Origin: Paramecium tetraurelia
Lineage: Eukaryota
Direction: 5' to 3'
Assembly: GCA_000165425.1 (NCBI GenBank)
Contig: CT868063.1
Span: 124,001 to 188,000, forward strand
DNA length: 64,000 bases
The notes under the pieces are model-generated. The model had not been told where the DNA came from. It was given only the letters and a program-made list of their open reading frames with translations, and did no database searches. Within the stretch, counting starts at the first letter, position 1, and every line of letters starts with the position of its first letter. The position numbers and the translations under genes were made by a program. Positions 12,494 to 25,181 of this stretch are shown one piece after another.

Positions 12494-12793
12494 ATGAAAA
12501 CTAATTCCGAAATTAAGTCCATCTACGACATTGTCAAAGGATTAAACTTTTCTAATAAACAAGCCTTAGCTCTGAAAAAAGAAGTTCTGTAGCAATTAGA
12601 ATAGAAATTCAGAAAAACAATTGAATTTAGAATCAAGTCTCAATCAATGCATGCAATTCACTCAATTCATACAGGTTCTGTCTCAACATAAAGACACAGA
12701 CAACTATCCTTCAAAATTACTCGATAAAAACCATAAATGCTATTTAGAAATTCATCATTAGTATCTCTATTAAAAAAACCTAACAATATGTGA
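12494..12793 (+). CDS. Hypothetical basic protein, 99 aa
   Basis: ATG..TGA ciliate-code ORF MKTNSEIKSIYDIVKGL...; no recognised motif. Confidence 0.55.
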
Positions 12794-13671
12794 ATTCATA
12801 CTTCTTGATATGTTAATTTTTGACTATTGAATTAAATAATATTAATTACTCTAACTGAATAAGTTACTCAATATTATATAGAGGGGATTAAACTTAAATA
12901 CATACTATTTTAAATAAAAGTTATATTATATCTAAAATTGTGAGTATAATTCTTATTTATATTGGTTGTTTTAAGAAATCATATTTACAATTTGAGCTTC
13001 TATTTAGATAAAATAATTAATGATACTTCAATTAATTATTGAAAAATTATAGATTTTTATTATTGATTTGTTTCATTCTATGGATTAGATAATATCTTAA
13101 TCATAGGAAATTACTTTCATCTTTATATTTAATTTAATCTAAATTTTATCTAAATGAAATTCTAGATACATAATACTAGCTTATCCAATGTAAAAAAATA
13201 TTTTTTATATTTAATTGAGTATTATTTTCCATTAAAAAGTGATTATAAATTATAGGTTAGACTGACCGTCCAAATAGAATTATTAAAATGAAGAATCTAA
13301 TCAGCTAATCTTGCCAAGATCTTTTTTATTAATTAAACCAATACAATTATGAAATGAGTAATCTTTTTAATTATATTTATTTTGAATTAATATTTATAAT
13401 TTATTATATTTTAAATAAAAAACCAAAGGCTTAATTACTTTTTCACTATTTTATAGTATAAGAGTTAATAGATTTATGACATTTTTATAAAACTTCATCT
13501 ACATACTCTTATCTATCATTATAGATAAAATTTAATAGCTACATTTTAAAATCATTAAGGATATAAATTTTGATTTTGTTGATAATTATTACATTTATTG
13601 AAATATTTTTAAAATTTATACCAGCAAAAAATATCAAACAATAGTATAAAAAATATTAATAATTTTAAGAA

Positions 13672-15138
13672 ATGAGTCTTTTTGTGAGTTATTTAAAATA
13701 GATAGATTTTTTTGGAGCTCCATTAGTTTAGCAAATCGATAAAGAACAATCTATTTATAAAAGTATATTAGGTGGAGTAATGACATTGCTAATTTGTTCA
13801 GCTAGTCTTTCTTATGCCATCTGGGTTATTTATTTATGGTAGATAAACCAATTTAGCCCTAAGATTTCAAGTTCTGTCTATGTTTCAGACTTTAGATTAT
13901 TGGATATCAACTACGATGTCATCAAAATTTGTTATTATAAATATGAGGAAAACCTAATTGATCCCTTTGAAGCGAAAGTGCTTCTTCCTTTAGTAATTTA
14001 TACAGAAAACTACACATTTACTGAAACGACATTGTTAGACATATCCAATAAAACAACATATTACGGAAATAGATTTGTAATTCCACAAATGAGATTAGGA
14101 TTCACAGATATAAACGATTAATTGATAACTACGTCTGAAATGTATATCTAAATAGTTAAGTGTACACCTGAGTATTTAAAGGATGGAGAGGAATGTGCAA
14201 CAGAGGAAATCAGTAATTAATTTTTCGATCAAGCACAAAATATTATTATAATGTAAGTTTCATACAAATAGTTAAATTCCAAAGATGGATCAATTTAGTC
14301 AAGTATTTAAGAATTTTTTGTTTAAATAGAAAAACCTAATTGTTATTCTTTGAATACATTCTTACAAAGTAGTTTTTATGAAGTAAAAGATTCATTTCTT
14401 TTTGGGTCTCCAAAATATTTCGAATTTGTTAATGGTGCCTTAATTTAGCCATAAACAAATTCAGTTTAATATTGTCAATAAGCATTTGGGGATGAAACAT
14501 ATGCATCTCTTTATGTAGTAATGAAAGGGAATTAAGTTAAAACTATTTTTGAATATCCAAATGCAGGTGACCTACTTGCTAATATTGGGTCGATTGTTTC
14601 TATCTTATTCATGTTTAGACATTTAATAGTGATATTCAATTCATATTACTTAAACGAAAAAATAGTGCATGACTTAATAACCTACTATTATCCACAATTT
14701 CCTTAGATCAAGATATACAAAAATTGGAAAAGAGATATAGTTAAGGTGATACTTCATAATTAACAACTGGATTTAAATGAATATTTAAGGTTCTATTAGA
14801 ACATCAAATAAAAAATAGAGCAAAAACTAACTTTTGTAAATATGGTCTATGAGATATCTAGAATTTATATATTAATTAGAGCAGATAAGTTGTAACATGA
14901 GATTAAAAAATGCCATGCAGTAGGTTTGAAACTTGATCATCTCAAATTGTCTAGTGTTGTAATTGATCCATTTTCTAAATCGAGTTGTTCTTCTAGAGAT
15001 ATAGAGGAACAAACTCTCAATGATGAAGATATCGGAATTCTTTCTTTGTAAGAGCGATAAATTTAGTCAAAAGTTTAGATTCCGGATGAGGAGGCTGATT
15101 TGATCAACTTTTACGATATAAATAAAGTTAAATTTTGA
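13672..15138 (+). CDS. Two-transmembrane ciliate-family protein with large extracellular loop (DEG/ENaC-like topology), 488 aa
   Basis: IDFFG...YKSILGGVMTLLI (TM1), Cys-containing loop, FEYPNAGDLLANIGSIVSILF (pre-TM2/TM2); intronless. Confidence 0.75.
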
Positions 15139-15345
15139 TATTATTATAATCTAATAAAATCAAATTAAACGGATTATTGATTTTCCTGTTCATGTATAAT
15201 TTTGTTATTACTTAATATGATTTGAAGTCATAGAATATGCTAAGGAAACATTTTCAACATACTGAAATAACATAAGAAAATAGGTTAATAATTTATTGAA
15301 AATAAATTTATTATATAAGTAAATGTAAAAACTTACTGGTAGTCC

Positions 15346-17672
15346 TCATTTCAAACTTAATAGATTGAGACTATTTTCAATGGCATGCTGATAGAGGGTA
15401 AAGAAAAGATTTGGGAACTGCTTGCTCCAGTAATCAAAGCAAGTTTCATCAGTTGGTCCTAAAAGTAATTTACAATCCTCTGTGAGTTAATGGTAATGAT
15501 TCTTTGTATTTCGGATTAGCTATCTTAAAATATTATATTACTCTAATTAGTTATTAGGCTTAGGTTTGATCATATCCTCTAATTTAGCATTTGAGTATCA
15601 TTCCGCATCGAGTACCCCAATTGTCTTTAAAAACAGAATTTGCTATGAATCTGTCATGAATCGAAACTTGATCGTTTGGTAAAGGGTATGTTTCAACATA
15701 GTCACTAAATTCGCAAATAAAAGATAGTTTCTTTTATTTGGTCCAGAAGTAAGGATGTGTAAAAATACATTAAGGATTACCGATTGATTGATCTAACAAA
15801 AGTTTCATCAATAAATCCTTAGTTTCCAATTCTTTGATATTAAATTTCTTGAATCTTTCCATTAGAAATTTCTAATCAATAGCTTATCTAAAATTATTAA
15901 GAGTATTACTTCTATGAGAAATCATCCCCTTTAGATAGTAAGAAATAAAAAATCAGGCCCACCTATTATAACATTGAATAATTTATTTTCTTAATAACTT
16001 TTTTATCATTAGGATTTTCTTAGTAGTAATCTGTCAAAGTCGATAGTCCAAAATCAGCTAATTTTATTTTTAAATCCTAACTGAATAAAACATTATCTGG
16101 AGTTATCCCATGATGCTAGGTATTATTTTCCAATAAGGTCTGTAAAGCATTCAATAGATCAAGGAAGATTTCCTTATAAAATTCTGGATTTTAAAGATTT
16201 TACTTAATATTTAATTTTTACGCTTCATTCAATTTTTAACAAGATTCATATTTAATAAATTCTCTAAGATTTATCATACATTTCTCCATAGCCAAATACA
16301 GACAATCATTTCTTTTTTCAAAGAAAAAGAGTTTATTTATTTAAGGAGAATTTAAAAGCATTTATTTAGATATTGACTCTTCAAGCAACTTCTCTAAATA
16401 TTTATTTTGCAGATTCTTAAGATTAATTTCTTTGACTGCTACCATTTTTCCCTGGAATATGCCTTCATATACACAAGTTCCATTCATTCCAATTCCCAGA
16501 ATTCGTTCTTTGTTTATTTAAATTTCCTTAGACTTTATGTATATATATTACACTTGGGGTTCCTTTACTATGACAACCTCTTTGGGCTTTTATTTTTTTT
16601 TAGATGACAGTAAAGGAATATAAGCAATCACCATTGATAACAATAATATGGATAAAAACTGATTAGTGTAATTTTCAACGACCTAACATTATTCTACTTT
16701 TTCAGATGTCTTTTCCTATTAATATATAACCAGTTAAGTTTAAAATTTGATCTTGTAGAATTAATTCAAGCATTGCTTAAATTGAGTATCTTTATAGACT
16801 CCCAAAGCATGAGGATCGGAATTAGAATCAAATTAACATTGTCCCTCTAGTTCACATTGATATTGATTATTAACTATAGACATTACTGTTAAACCAGTGC
16901 TCTTAGTGTGATCTTTAGAAAATAAGATGGAGTAGATCCCTTAGTCTGGTGTGTACTCGAATATTTCAAATACTTCATCATCCAAATAGAGATCAAGAGT
17001 TTTATTAGCCCATTGAACTTAAATTCCAGTGTTGGTTTTGTAAATTATAGTAGAATTAGAATATTTTGCTTAAGTTAAATCTCCACGTAAGTATTTGAGT
17101 AAAAAATTAATTTATATTCTAGAATTATGTTGTTGAGAGTCTTCATACTCCAAATCTGAAATAAACTTTTATTTAACATGAATTAGCACTCCCTTTTCAT
17201 ACATTTTCGGTTAACTCAAGAGCTGCTAAATGTCATATTGAGTCAACTCTTTTATATTTCCTGTGGCAATATCTAAAAAATACATTAACTCATTATTGTA
17301 GGTCAATGAGTTATGAAACATATTGCAAGTCTTAAACAGAATATCTAAATCTTCGGAAGGTATTTCCTAATTTAAAGAATCTCGTTACATAGAATCCTTC
17401 ATCGTAAAATAGAAATGAACCATCCTTGTATGGTTTCATAAAGTAAGTTCCATTCTGGATACCATCTGATTAGAGCGATATGCCCAGTTCTGATCTCCAT
17501 CTTATTTGTTGATACTTTAAGTCATATTTGTAAATCAGTCCATTCTTAGTCACAATCTAATGTATTACATTTATGATACTAACAACTTATCTTATAGCAA
17601 AGTGTCGTATTTACTATACAATTTAACGTCACCAGAGATGACAATTCCCAGGCACAAGAAGAAAACTAGCAT
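15346..17672 (-). CDS. IRE1: IRE1-like type I membrane protein: luminal domain, TM, pseudokinase, KEN ribonuclease
   Basis: Signal peptide; LLIVTKNGLIYKYDLKYQQIRW luminal motif; TM FLSILLLSMVIAYIPLL then KKNK; VYEGIFQGKMVAVK, LYLAMEKC, KLADFGLS; KEN GYDQTQAQQLIRLIRNTKNHYHQL...YWSKQFPNLF. Confidence 0.82.
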
Positions 17673-17706
17673 AAAAATATATATATTATAAAATAATAAT
17701 GTTTAT

Positions 17707-18025
17707 TCATGCACATTTCATACCTCCAACTTGCTCAATTACTACGTCAATTTCATCTCCCGTCTCCATTCCAATCTAATATATATCATATAACTCTAAC
17801 ATCAGCAGGGGTTTGAGTCTCCAAAATTCTTTCGCCGTCAAATAGGAATCTCACATTTTAGATTTGAAGCTAAAAAAGTTAGTTCATAATTACATTTTGT
17901 CTTGAGCAATAAGCATCCATTAATTTCTTGAATTGGGTTTGTTTCTTGATTTTGAAGAAAACCTCCTCTCCATCTTGAGACTTAACTTTTAAGTTCAAAT
18001 ATTCAGCTTATGATTGATCTGCCAT
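17707..18025 (-). CDS. SUMO: SUMO small ubiquitin-like modifier
   Basis: [40 protein letters not shown]...[36 protein letters not shown]; two tiny introns. Confidence 0.97.
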
Positions 18026-18171
18026 TTTTTTTAATTTAATTAATTATTTATACAATCTCACTCATTTTTGGTAATATTCTAATATAAATTAAAAGCTTTT
18101 AATATTAAACATAAACAATAAACAAAAAATCTGTTATCATAAGAGCTTTCATCATTTCATTGTCGAGTCAA

Positions 18172-18914
18172 TCAAAATTCTTAAGATTTATTAAAGATTA
18201 TTAATCTATTTGCGATTTGGGGATCCCTATAAGACTTTATAAATTATATTACTTCATCATTTTCTTTTATATGAAATTACTGGACCTTATCATTAAAACT
18301 TTGCATTTCTTCAAAGACTTCCTTAAAAATAGCATTCCTTTCATTATTTACACAGATAAAGGCTTCAAATAATTGAAAATAACACTCTAAGGAAATAATA
18401 AATAAAAATTCATACATTTAAATATGTAATTTATAACAGGTGTATTGATTATCCACAGATTAAACAAATGGTTCACCTATCCCATTGTGTAATTGTGTAC
18501 TACGCAGTCATAATTCATAGGTTAAGAGCTCCAAACGATAGAATCATCATTTGTACTTTGCGTCATAGTCTCGCAATTATCTGCTAGAATACATAAACAA
18601 CAAAAGTTTACTGTTTTCCATCATATTAAAGAGTCTCTTCGGACTTAAACTGAAATCATCAATCATTATTAGGATGAAATGAGATTGTTAAGTTGTCTTT
18701 AAAATTGGATTCCCTCCAAAGCAATCAAATGTAAATTAAGAATTCATTATAAAACCTTCAAATGTTTCAGTTTCTTAAACATAGGTTTTTCTTTTTTGTT
18801 ACTTTTCCATTTTGCCAATTTTCTAATCAAATTATGATAAAAATTAAATACATTCAAATAATCTTCCTCAGAATCTGCATGTACCCCTCCACTTCTCATT
18901 CTTCTTAAGCTCAT
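18172..18914 (-). CDS. Hypothetical protein with degenerate Rab/Ras-like fold
   Basis: Three about 28-30 nt introns give a continuous ORF; C-terminal part follows small-GTPase strand order but lacks G1/G3 motifs. Confidence 0.6.
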
Positions 18915-19493
18915 TTTTTTAAAACTAAATTTTTTGTTTATTTCTTTTTATTTATTTATTTAAAAACACAATCATTTAAGCATATAAATATTTAATCAGC
19001 TTAAATATTATTATATACAACCATTACAATAGTAATTTAGACTCCATAAGGCTAATCCTTATAGAAGGACTAAAATTATGACAGTTTTATTTTTTATTTG
19101 AACATAATATTGTTAATTTAATCTATCAAGTAGTACAAAGACAAGTGCTCAAATATCTTATCTTATTTTGCTACATTGATATCACTTAATTTAAGAGGAA
19201 TTTTAGGATCTAAATCTTAATCAAAAATGGTATAAATTCAATAAATTTTTAAAATTGTCTTAAAAAACTTTAACAGATTTGAAATAACTTAAATTAAGTA
19301 ATTAATAAAGCTTAAAAGGAGAATTTTGATATTGGATAATTGAATAATTATGGTGTTAATTGCATAATGAACTCTTTTTGTTTGGAAAAAATTAAAAGCT
19401 TTAGAAAAGTTTCAGAATTGAAGATTATAAAATATAGAAATTTAAATATATGATTTTACATTTAAATAAATTAATATACTTTATTAAATTAAT

Positions 19494-22400
19494 TCATAAA
19501 TAGAAATTTGAATTTTCTCTATTTCTTTATATTATTGGTTAGCTTCCGCTGATGCTAGAATTAATAAGGCTCTTTTGTTATTACAACCTAAAGATAGGAA
19601 TTTCTAGTTCGGTGTTGTCATCGTTTTTGTTTTATAACTTTTTAATTTTAGATAATTCTAAATTTTGCGATGATCTGGCTTATCTCTTCATGTAATTGAG
19701 TAGAGTGTCTTTAGAAACCTTCATTGTGAACATTAATAAATCAAGAATAAACATAGATAGTACAGATAAAGCAAGACTTAAATAAAATGCGGGACTGGAA
19801 AATAACATCCTAGTAGTACCATAGATTGATGATTGAGGAATAATGTTTGAAACCCACATATATGCAAAATAGGTGCCTAAACTTGTCCCAAGATAAGCAA
19901 CCCAAGTAATTATAGTCCAAAATTAAGTGTTCAAGGCTAATTTCAAAGTGACAAGCTGATGATAAAGATTTAGTTTACAATCATGATGGCAGTTGACATT
20001 GACATGCTGAAAAACCAAAAGTCATTGTTAAGACCAGTGTGTTTGATAAAGGTTGTATCATTTAATTCAAAGTAGAAAGAGAAAAAGCATGCTAGTCCTT
20101 AAAAGACGCCAATAAAAAACCATTTAAAGAATCTAAATAATAAGGATGGATTACTTCTCACTTGTGAATACTGTATTCCTTTGTCCAATATAATAGAGAA
20201 GGGGGTAATTTTGCCTAAGAATATCATTTTCCTATTCCCCTTCTTTGATTCTTCTACTGCCCAAAAGAGTTTATTTTCTTTTCTAAGTATAAAACACGTC
20301 CTCATCAAAGATTGCTCTTATCACAACAGGCAAGAAGGTGAATACTGTATTGTAGAATGACACAAAGCTATTTTAAAAAGATAAAGACTTACAATTAATC
20401 GAAAACACTAGTTCCAGTATGTCCACAAAAGAAGGCAAAATAAAATTAAGGAATAGTGAAAATAATGTTTTTGTAGAAGAAGTACAAGATCATTTCAGAA
20501 ATACGTATATAATTCTACCTACCGTGATATAACACTAATTTCCAAAGACATTTGAATTATCCAATAGCATAATTACTAGCTTAGACTGCCCTCATTCCTT
20601 CTTATCCATAAATACCAATTCCAATGTGTGCTTCCTAAATCATATTAACATCGTTAGCTCCATCTCCCACTGCTAATGTAATTTTGCCAAGCGAATTTTT
20701 AACTAATCTAACCATGTCAGCCTTTTACTTTGGAGTCACTCTACAGCAAATCACTGTATGTAAAAATGGTACTAGAGTAATTAAGTAGTTGATTAATTTC
20801 TCGTCGTCAATTAGTGTTGCTAATACTATACCTTCAATGATGATAGCTCTTTTCGTTGACGATTTATTAATAATGTGGTCTGCTACTTCATTAAATATTT
20901 TAATTGATTCACATCCAGGAGTTAAGAAAAATACATCCATGTTATCTTGCAATAGATTACAGGATCTTCCAATATTTTCTGCTGTTTCTAATTTGTCTCC
21001 AGTCAGCATCCAAACATTGATATTGGCTTTTAAGAAATCAGCTAAGGTTTCTGGAACATCTTCCTATAATTTATCTTCTACTGCTGTTGCCCCTATAAGA
21101 GTTAAATTCTTTTCAATTTGATTGATGAGATCATCTTACAATTTTTCTGTTTCTCCACTTCCTAAAGCATCATTCATTGCTTTTGAAAATTGATTAAATT
21201 ATTCCTCACTAAGTACTCTCATGGCTAAACATAAAGTTCTAAGTCCTTTTCTTGAAAACATGTCTAATTTTTGATCAATTCCATCCAAATATTTTTAATT
21301 TGGAGACAACCTAGCCTTGATGATTGCATCTGCTCCCTTAGTATAGAGTTTAATAACTCCATTGTGTCTGACGATAACAGACATTCGCTTTCTATCGCTG
21401 TTAAATTCAAATGAAAACAAGAGTTCAACTTTTTCAATCTCACCAAGAACATCAATTTCCATAATGCCCATAGTTATACCTTTATACACAACATTGAGTC
21501 TTCTGGCAGCATCAACCAAGGCAATCTCGTCTGGAGAAGGACCTTAATAGATGAATGATTTGTCTTCTTGTTATTCCAAAACACATTCATGACATGTGGC
21601 TAAAAGCATCAAATTTTCTCTCACTAAATCTCCTTAATTGCGAATGATATATTTGTCAAACATCAAATCTATGTTGGGATTCTTTGAAGGGTCTGTTTCT
21701 TTTATGACTTATTGGATTTTATCCCCTGAAAATGCATATTCAATTCCAGCCTTCTCATTCACTAAAGTTGATCTTCTTCTATGTAAGGTACTTTGTCTTC
21801 TTAGAATTTAATTCCCAACAAAAGTAGTTATTTCCTATTTGTTAAACATACTTAGATCACCGTATATGGTTTCTCCACAGACACATAATTTGAATTCCAT
21901 TTTATTACAAGTTAAAGTTCCTGTTTTGTCAGAAAATACATATTGTACTTGGCCTAGTTCCTCATTAATAGTCGTGCTAAAGACCTTGACGTACTTATCA
22001 TTCTCAGCAGAATACATCTCTGCATCCTTCTACATAAAAAATCCTTGGCCGACCTTAACAAATTCTAAAGAGACGATTAAACTTATGGGAATTAATGTAT
22101 TTAGGAGTAAAAAGTAAGCAGCGAAAGTCATTAAAGATGCCAAAGCACAATTGGGAATGTCTGGATCATAGACTTTATCTTCATCATTGTAGGATTCGTA
22201 CCCAGCAAAGTTTCTACTAAAATAACTGAAGTTTTGACTTTAGATTTGACAATTGATACCATATACTATGGCCAAGACAATGCAAATGACAGTTTGCATA
22301 ATCAAAATGTATATGATTCTTAGGTTGATGAGTCTGTCTATGTTACTAACTTTATTCTTTTGACCTTCAGAATTTCTCATAACTTTGGTGTCAATTCCAG

Positions 22401-23119
22401 TGTAAACAACAACTCCGATTGCTTATTTGACATTTTTTAATTTGGATCCTCTTAATAAGAAATTTTTATGGGTGATTTAGATCTTTTTGGAATCCAAGTA
22501 TAAAGTACCATCAAATGTATAAAGAAGTGGATTTGGATTTATACATTCGATGATTCCTGATCTACATTCAGTTGTTTAAGTTTCTTTGATTGCCTATTTG
22601 GGTTTGAGATTCTTTTCTCCGTCAAGAGAAGAGGTTTCTATGAAGCAAATGCCATCTTAGGATGTCTATAAAACAACGATGTCTGCTGAGATGATTTCTA
22701 ATTCATCAATTCTGATAATATCTCCGATGAGCACATCCTTCCATGTTTTTTTAACGAACCCTTTTTCTGTCCATATCGTTGCAGGCGAAGAATTCAATTC
22801 ATTATCGCTTATATGCTTTTGATAATCCTCATATCCGTCCCTTAACATTGATAAGGATACAACAAAAATTAATGGGGCAATAGAGGAGACTGGACTAAAA
22901 GGGGAAATAGATTTAAAAAAGGATAAGACTGCGATGATAAGAAAATAAATATTAGCCATTCTCTGGAATTACAATGCTAATGAATAAGGAAGAAATGTAA
23001 ATAAATTGTACCTTTTTAAATCATAAAGAATACCTGCTAGTTTTAATGAAATTGGTTGGAAAGCGATACTACTTGTTTTAAGCTTGCTCTTGTACTCCAA
23101 AATAGAGTTTTCGTTCCAT
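19494..23119 (-). CDS. P4-type ATPase (phospholipid flippase)
   Basis: NFIKTSRYN, IETSSLDGEKNLK, IPISLIVSLE, EELGQVQYVFSDKTGTLTCN, YQGPSPDEIALV, WMLTGDKLETAENIG, AVGDGANDVNMI, GR.NYIRIS. Confidence 0.96.
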
Positions 23120-23151
23120 TTTTATATATTATTTAAATATATTCCATAAAT

Positions 23152-24914
23152 TCACATTCTAAAAACCCCATGACCTGTTCTTTCGTAATTATAATGTTGC
23201 ATGCTAGTTAAAAGTGCCAATCCTAATGTTTGTCTTGTCTAAGTTGGTAAAATGATTCCATCATCCCATAATCGAGCAGTTGCATAATACGCACTAGATT
23301 CATAGTCGTATTTTTAGGTATATTTCTATTTTAAATCTTTCTCGACCTTTTCATTCCACTCCCCGCCATTTCTAACGATGGTTTATTATTATACAGATGT
23401 TAAGACTCCCGCTGCCTAATATGTTCTATATATTGATATTACCTAATCACCTCCCATAACTGAGATTCTACTACTGGGCCATGAGAAAAGGAACTTGGCT
23501 CCATAAGCCCTTCCACACATACCATAGTTACCAGCTCCAAAGCTTCCACCAAAAAGTAAAGTCAATTTGGGAACAGTTGCAGTAGCCACAGCATTAACCA
23601 TTTTGGCTCCATGTTTAGCAATGCCTTCTGTCTCATATTTTCGACCCACCATAAATCCTGTAATATTTTACAAGAAAATCAAAGGCACTCCTCTTTATTA
23701 GCATAAGCTCACAAAGTGTGCTCCTTTTAAGGCTGATTCACTGAACAAGATTCCATTATTTGCTATAATTCCTACCTCTTAGCCATACAATTCCCCAAAT
23801 CCTGTAATAAGTGTAGTACCATAATTCTCCTTAAATTCCATAAATCTTGATCCATCTAAAATGCGTGCAATAAGATGACGACTATCCATAGTCTTTTTGA
23901 GATCACTGCTCATCAAATAATTTAGATCCTCGATATCATAGAGTGGTTAGTCATCTCTAATATCACCTACTTATTTAGTTGTTAGATTCTTAATGATGGA
24001 TCTACCTTTTTATAAAGCTTCTAATTCAGAAGTGCAAAAGTGATCAGTCAATCCACTAGTGAAACTATGCACTCTAGCTCCTCCTAAGTCTTCTGCAGAT
24101 ACCACTTCACCAGTGGCTGCTTTCACTAAAGGAGGACCTCCTAAAAAGATGGTTCCATTTCCACTTACAATGACATTCTCATCACTCATTGCAGGGACAC
24201 TAAAACTTAAATGCATAATCATACTAAGCACCTCCAGCTGTACATGAACCAAGCACTATACTGATTTAAGGAATGCCTTATGCAGACATATTGGCTTGAT
24301 TATAAAAGATTCGACCAAAGTGATCTCTGTCTGGGAATACTTCGTCTTATCGCATCAAGCTTTTGTTATTTATGCATAATTACTTAGCACCACCAGAATC
24401 TACCAAATAGACACATGGCAATTTATTTTCCCAAGCGATCTCTTAGGCTCTGACATGCTTCTTCACTGTAATCGGATAATAGGTGCCTCCCTTTATTGTT
24501 GGATCATTTGCCACTATCATACAGAATCTCTTATTAATTAATCCTATGCCAGTTACGATTCCTAGAATTCAAATATACTTGACCTCCACTTGGTACTTCT
24601 TCCTTTCCGTATAATTCATATCCTGCTAATTAAGATAATTCCAAGAATGGAGATCCTACGTCCAATAATCTGGTGATTCTTTCTCTGACAGGAAACTAAA
24701 CATCAATAAGGATTTCTACTTTGTTTCTCTCTGCCAATTTTTGATGAGCCACTGTCCCACCATAATTGATCACCTTGTTGGTGATATTCAGGAATCTCTC
24801 ATTGCTTTGTTTCATCAACTCAAAATTGGCTAATAGACTGGGATCAGCTCGATCACATAAAGATTGGAGAACAGGATAATGGGAAAATCGGAATAAGGAT
24901 CTATAATGCATCAT
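23152..24914 (-). CDS. MCCC2: Methylcrotonoyl-CoA carboxylase beta subunit, mitochondrial
   Basis: [79 protein letters not shown]. Confidence 0.96.
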
Positions 24915-25181
24915 TTATATTATCTTATTAAAAATAATCATGGACTAAAACATTTAATACTAAGAAATTCAATCAAGAATGGTACTCCTTAATAATCGAT
25001 CTAGTAATTTACATATTGATTTTGTCTATCAACTTCAAATTTGGACTATCCTTGTTATTTGTAATTTCACATTGTTAAAACATGAGTATTCTGTCTAAGG
25101 ATAAATCTATTTATTAGATGTTCAGAAAATTTAAAGTAATTTATATTTTTTGAATGATAATTAATATTTTATATAATCGTT

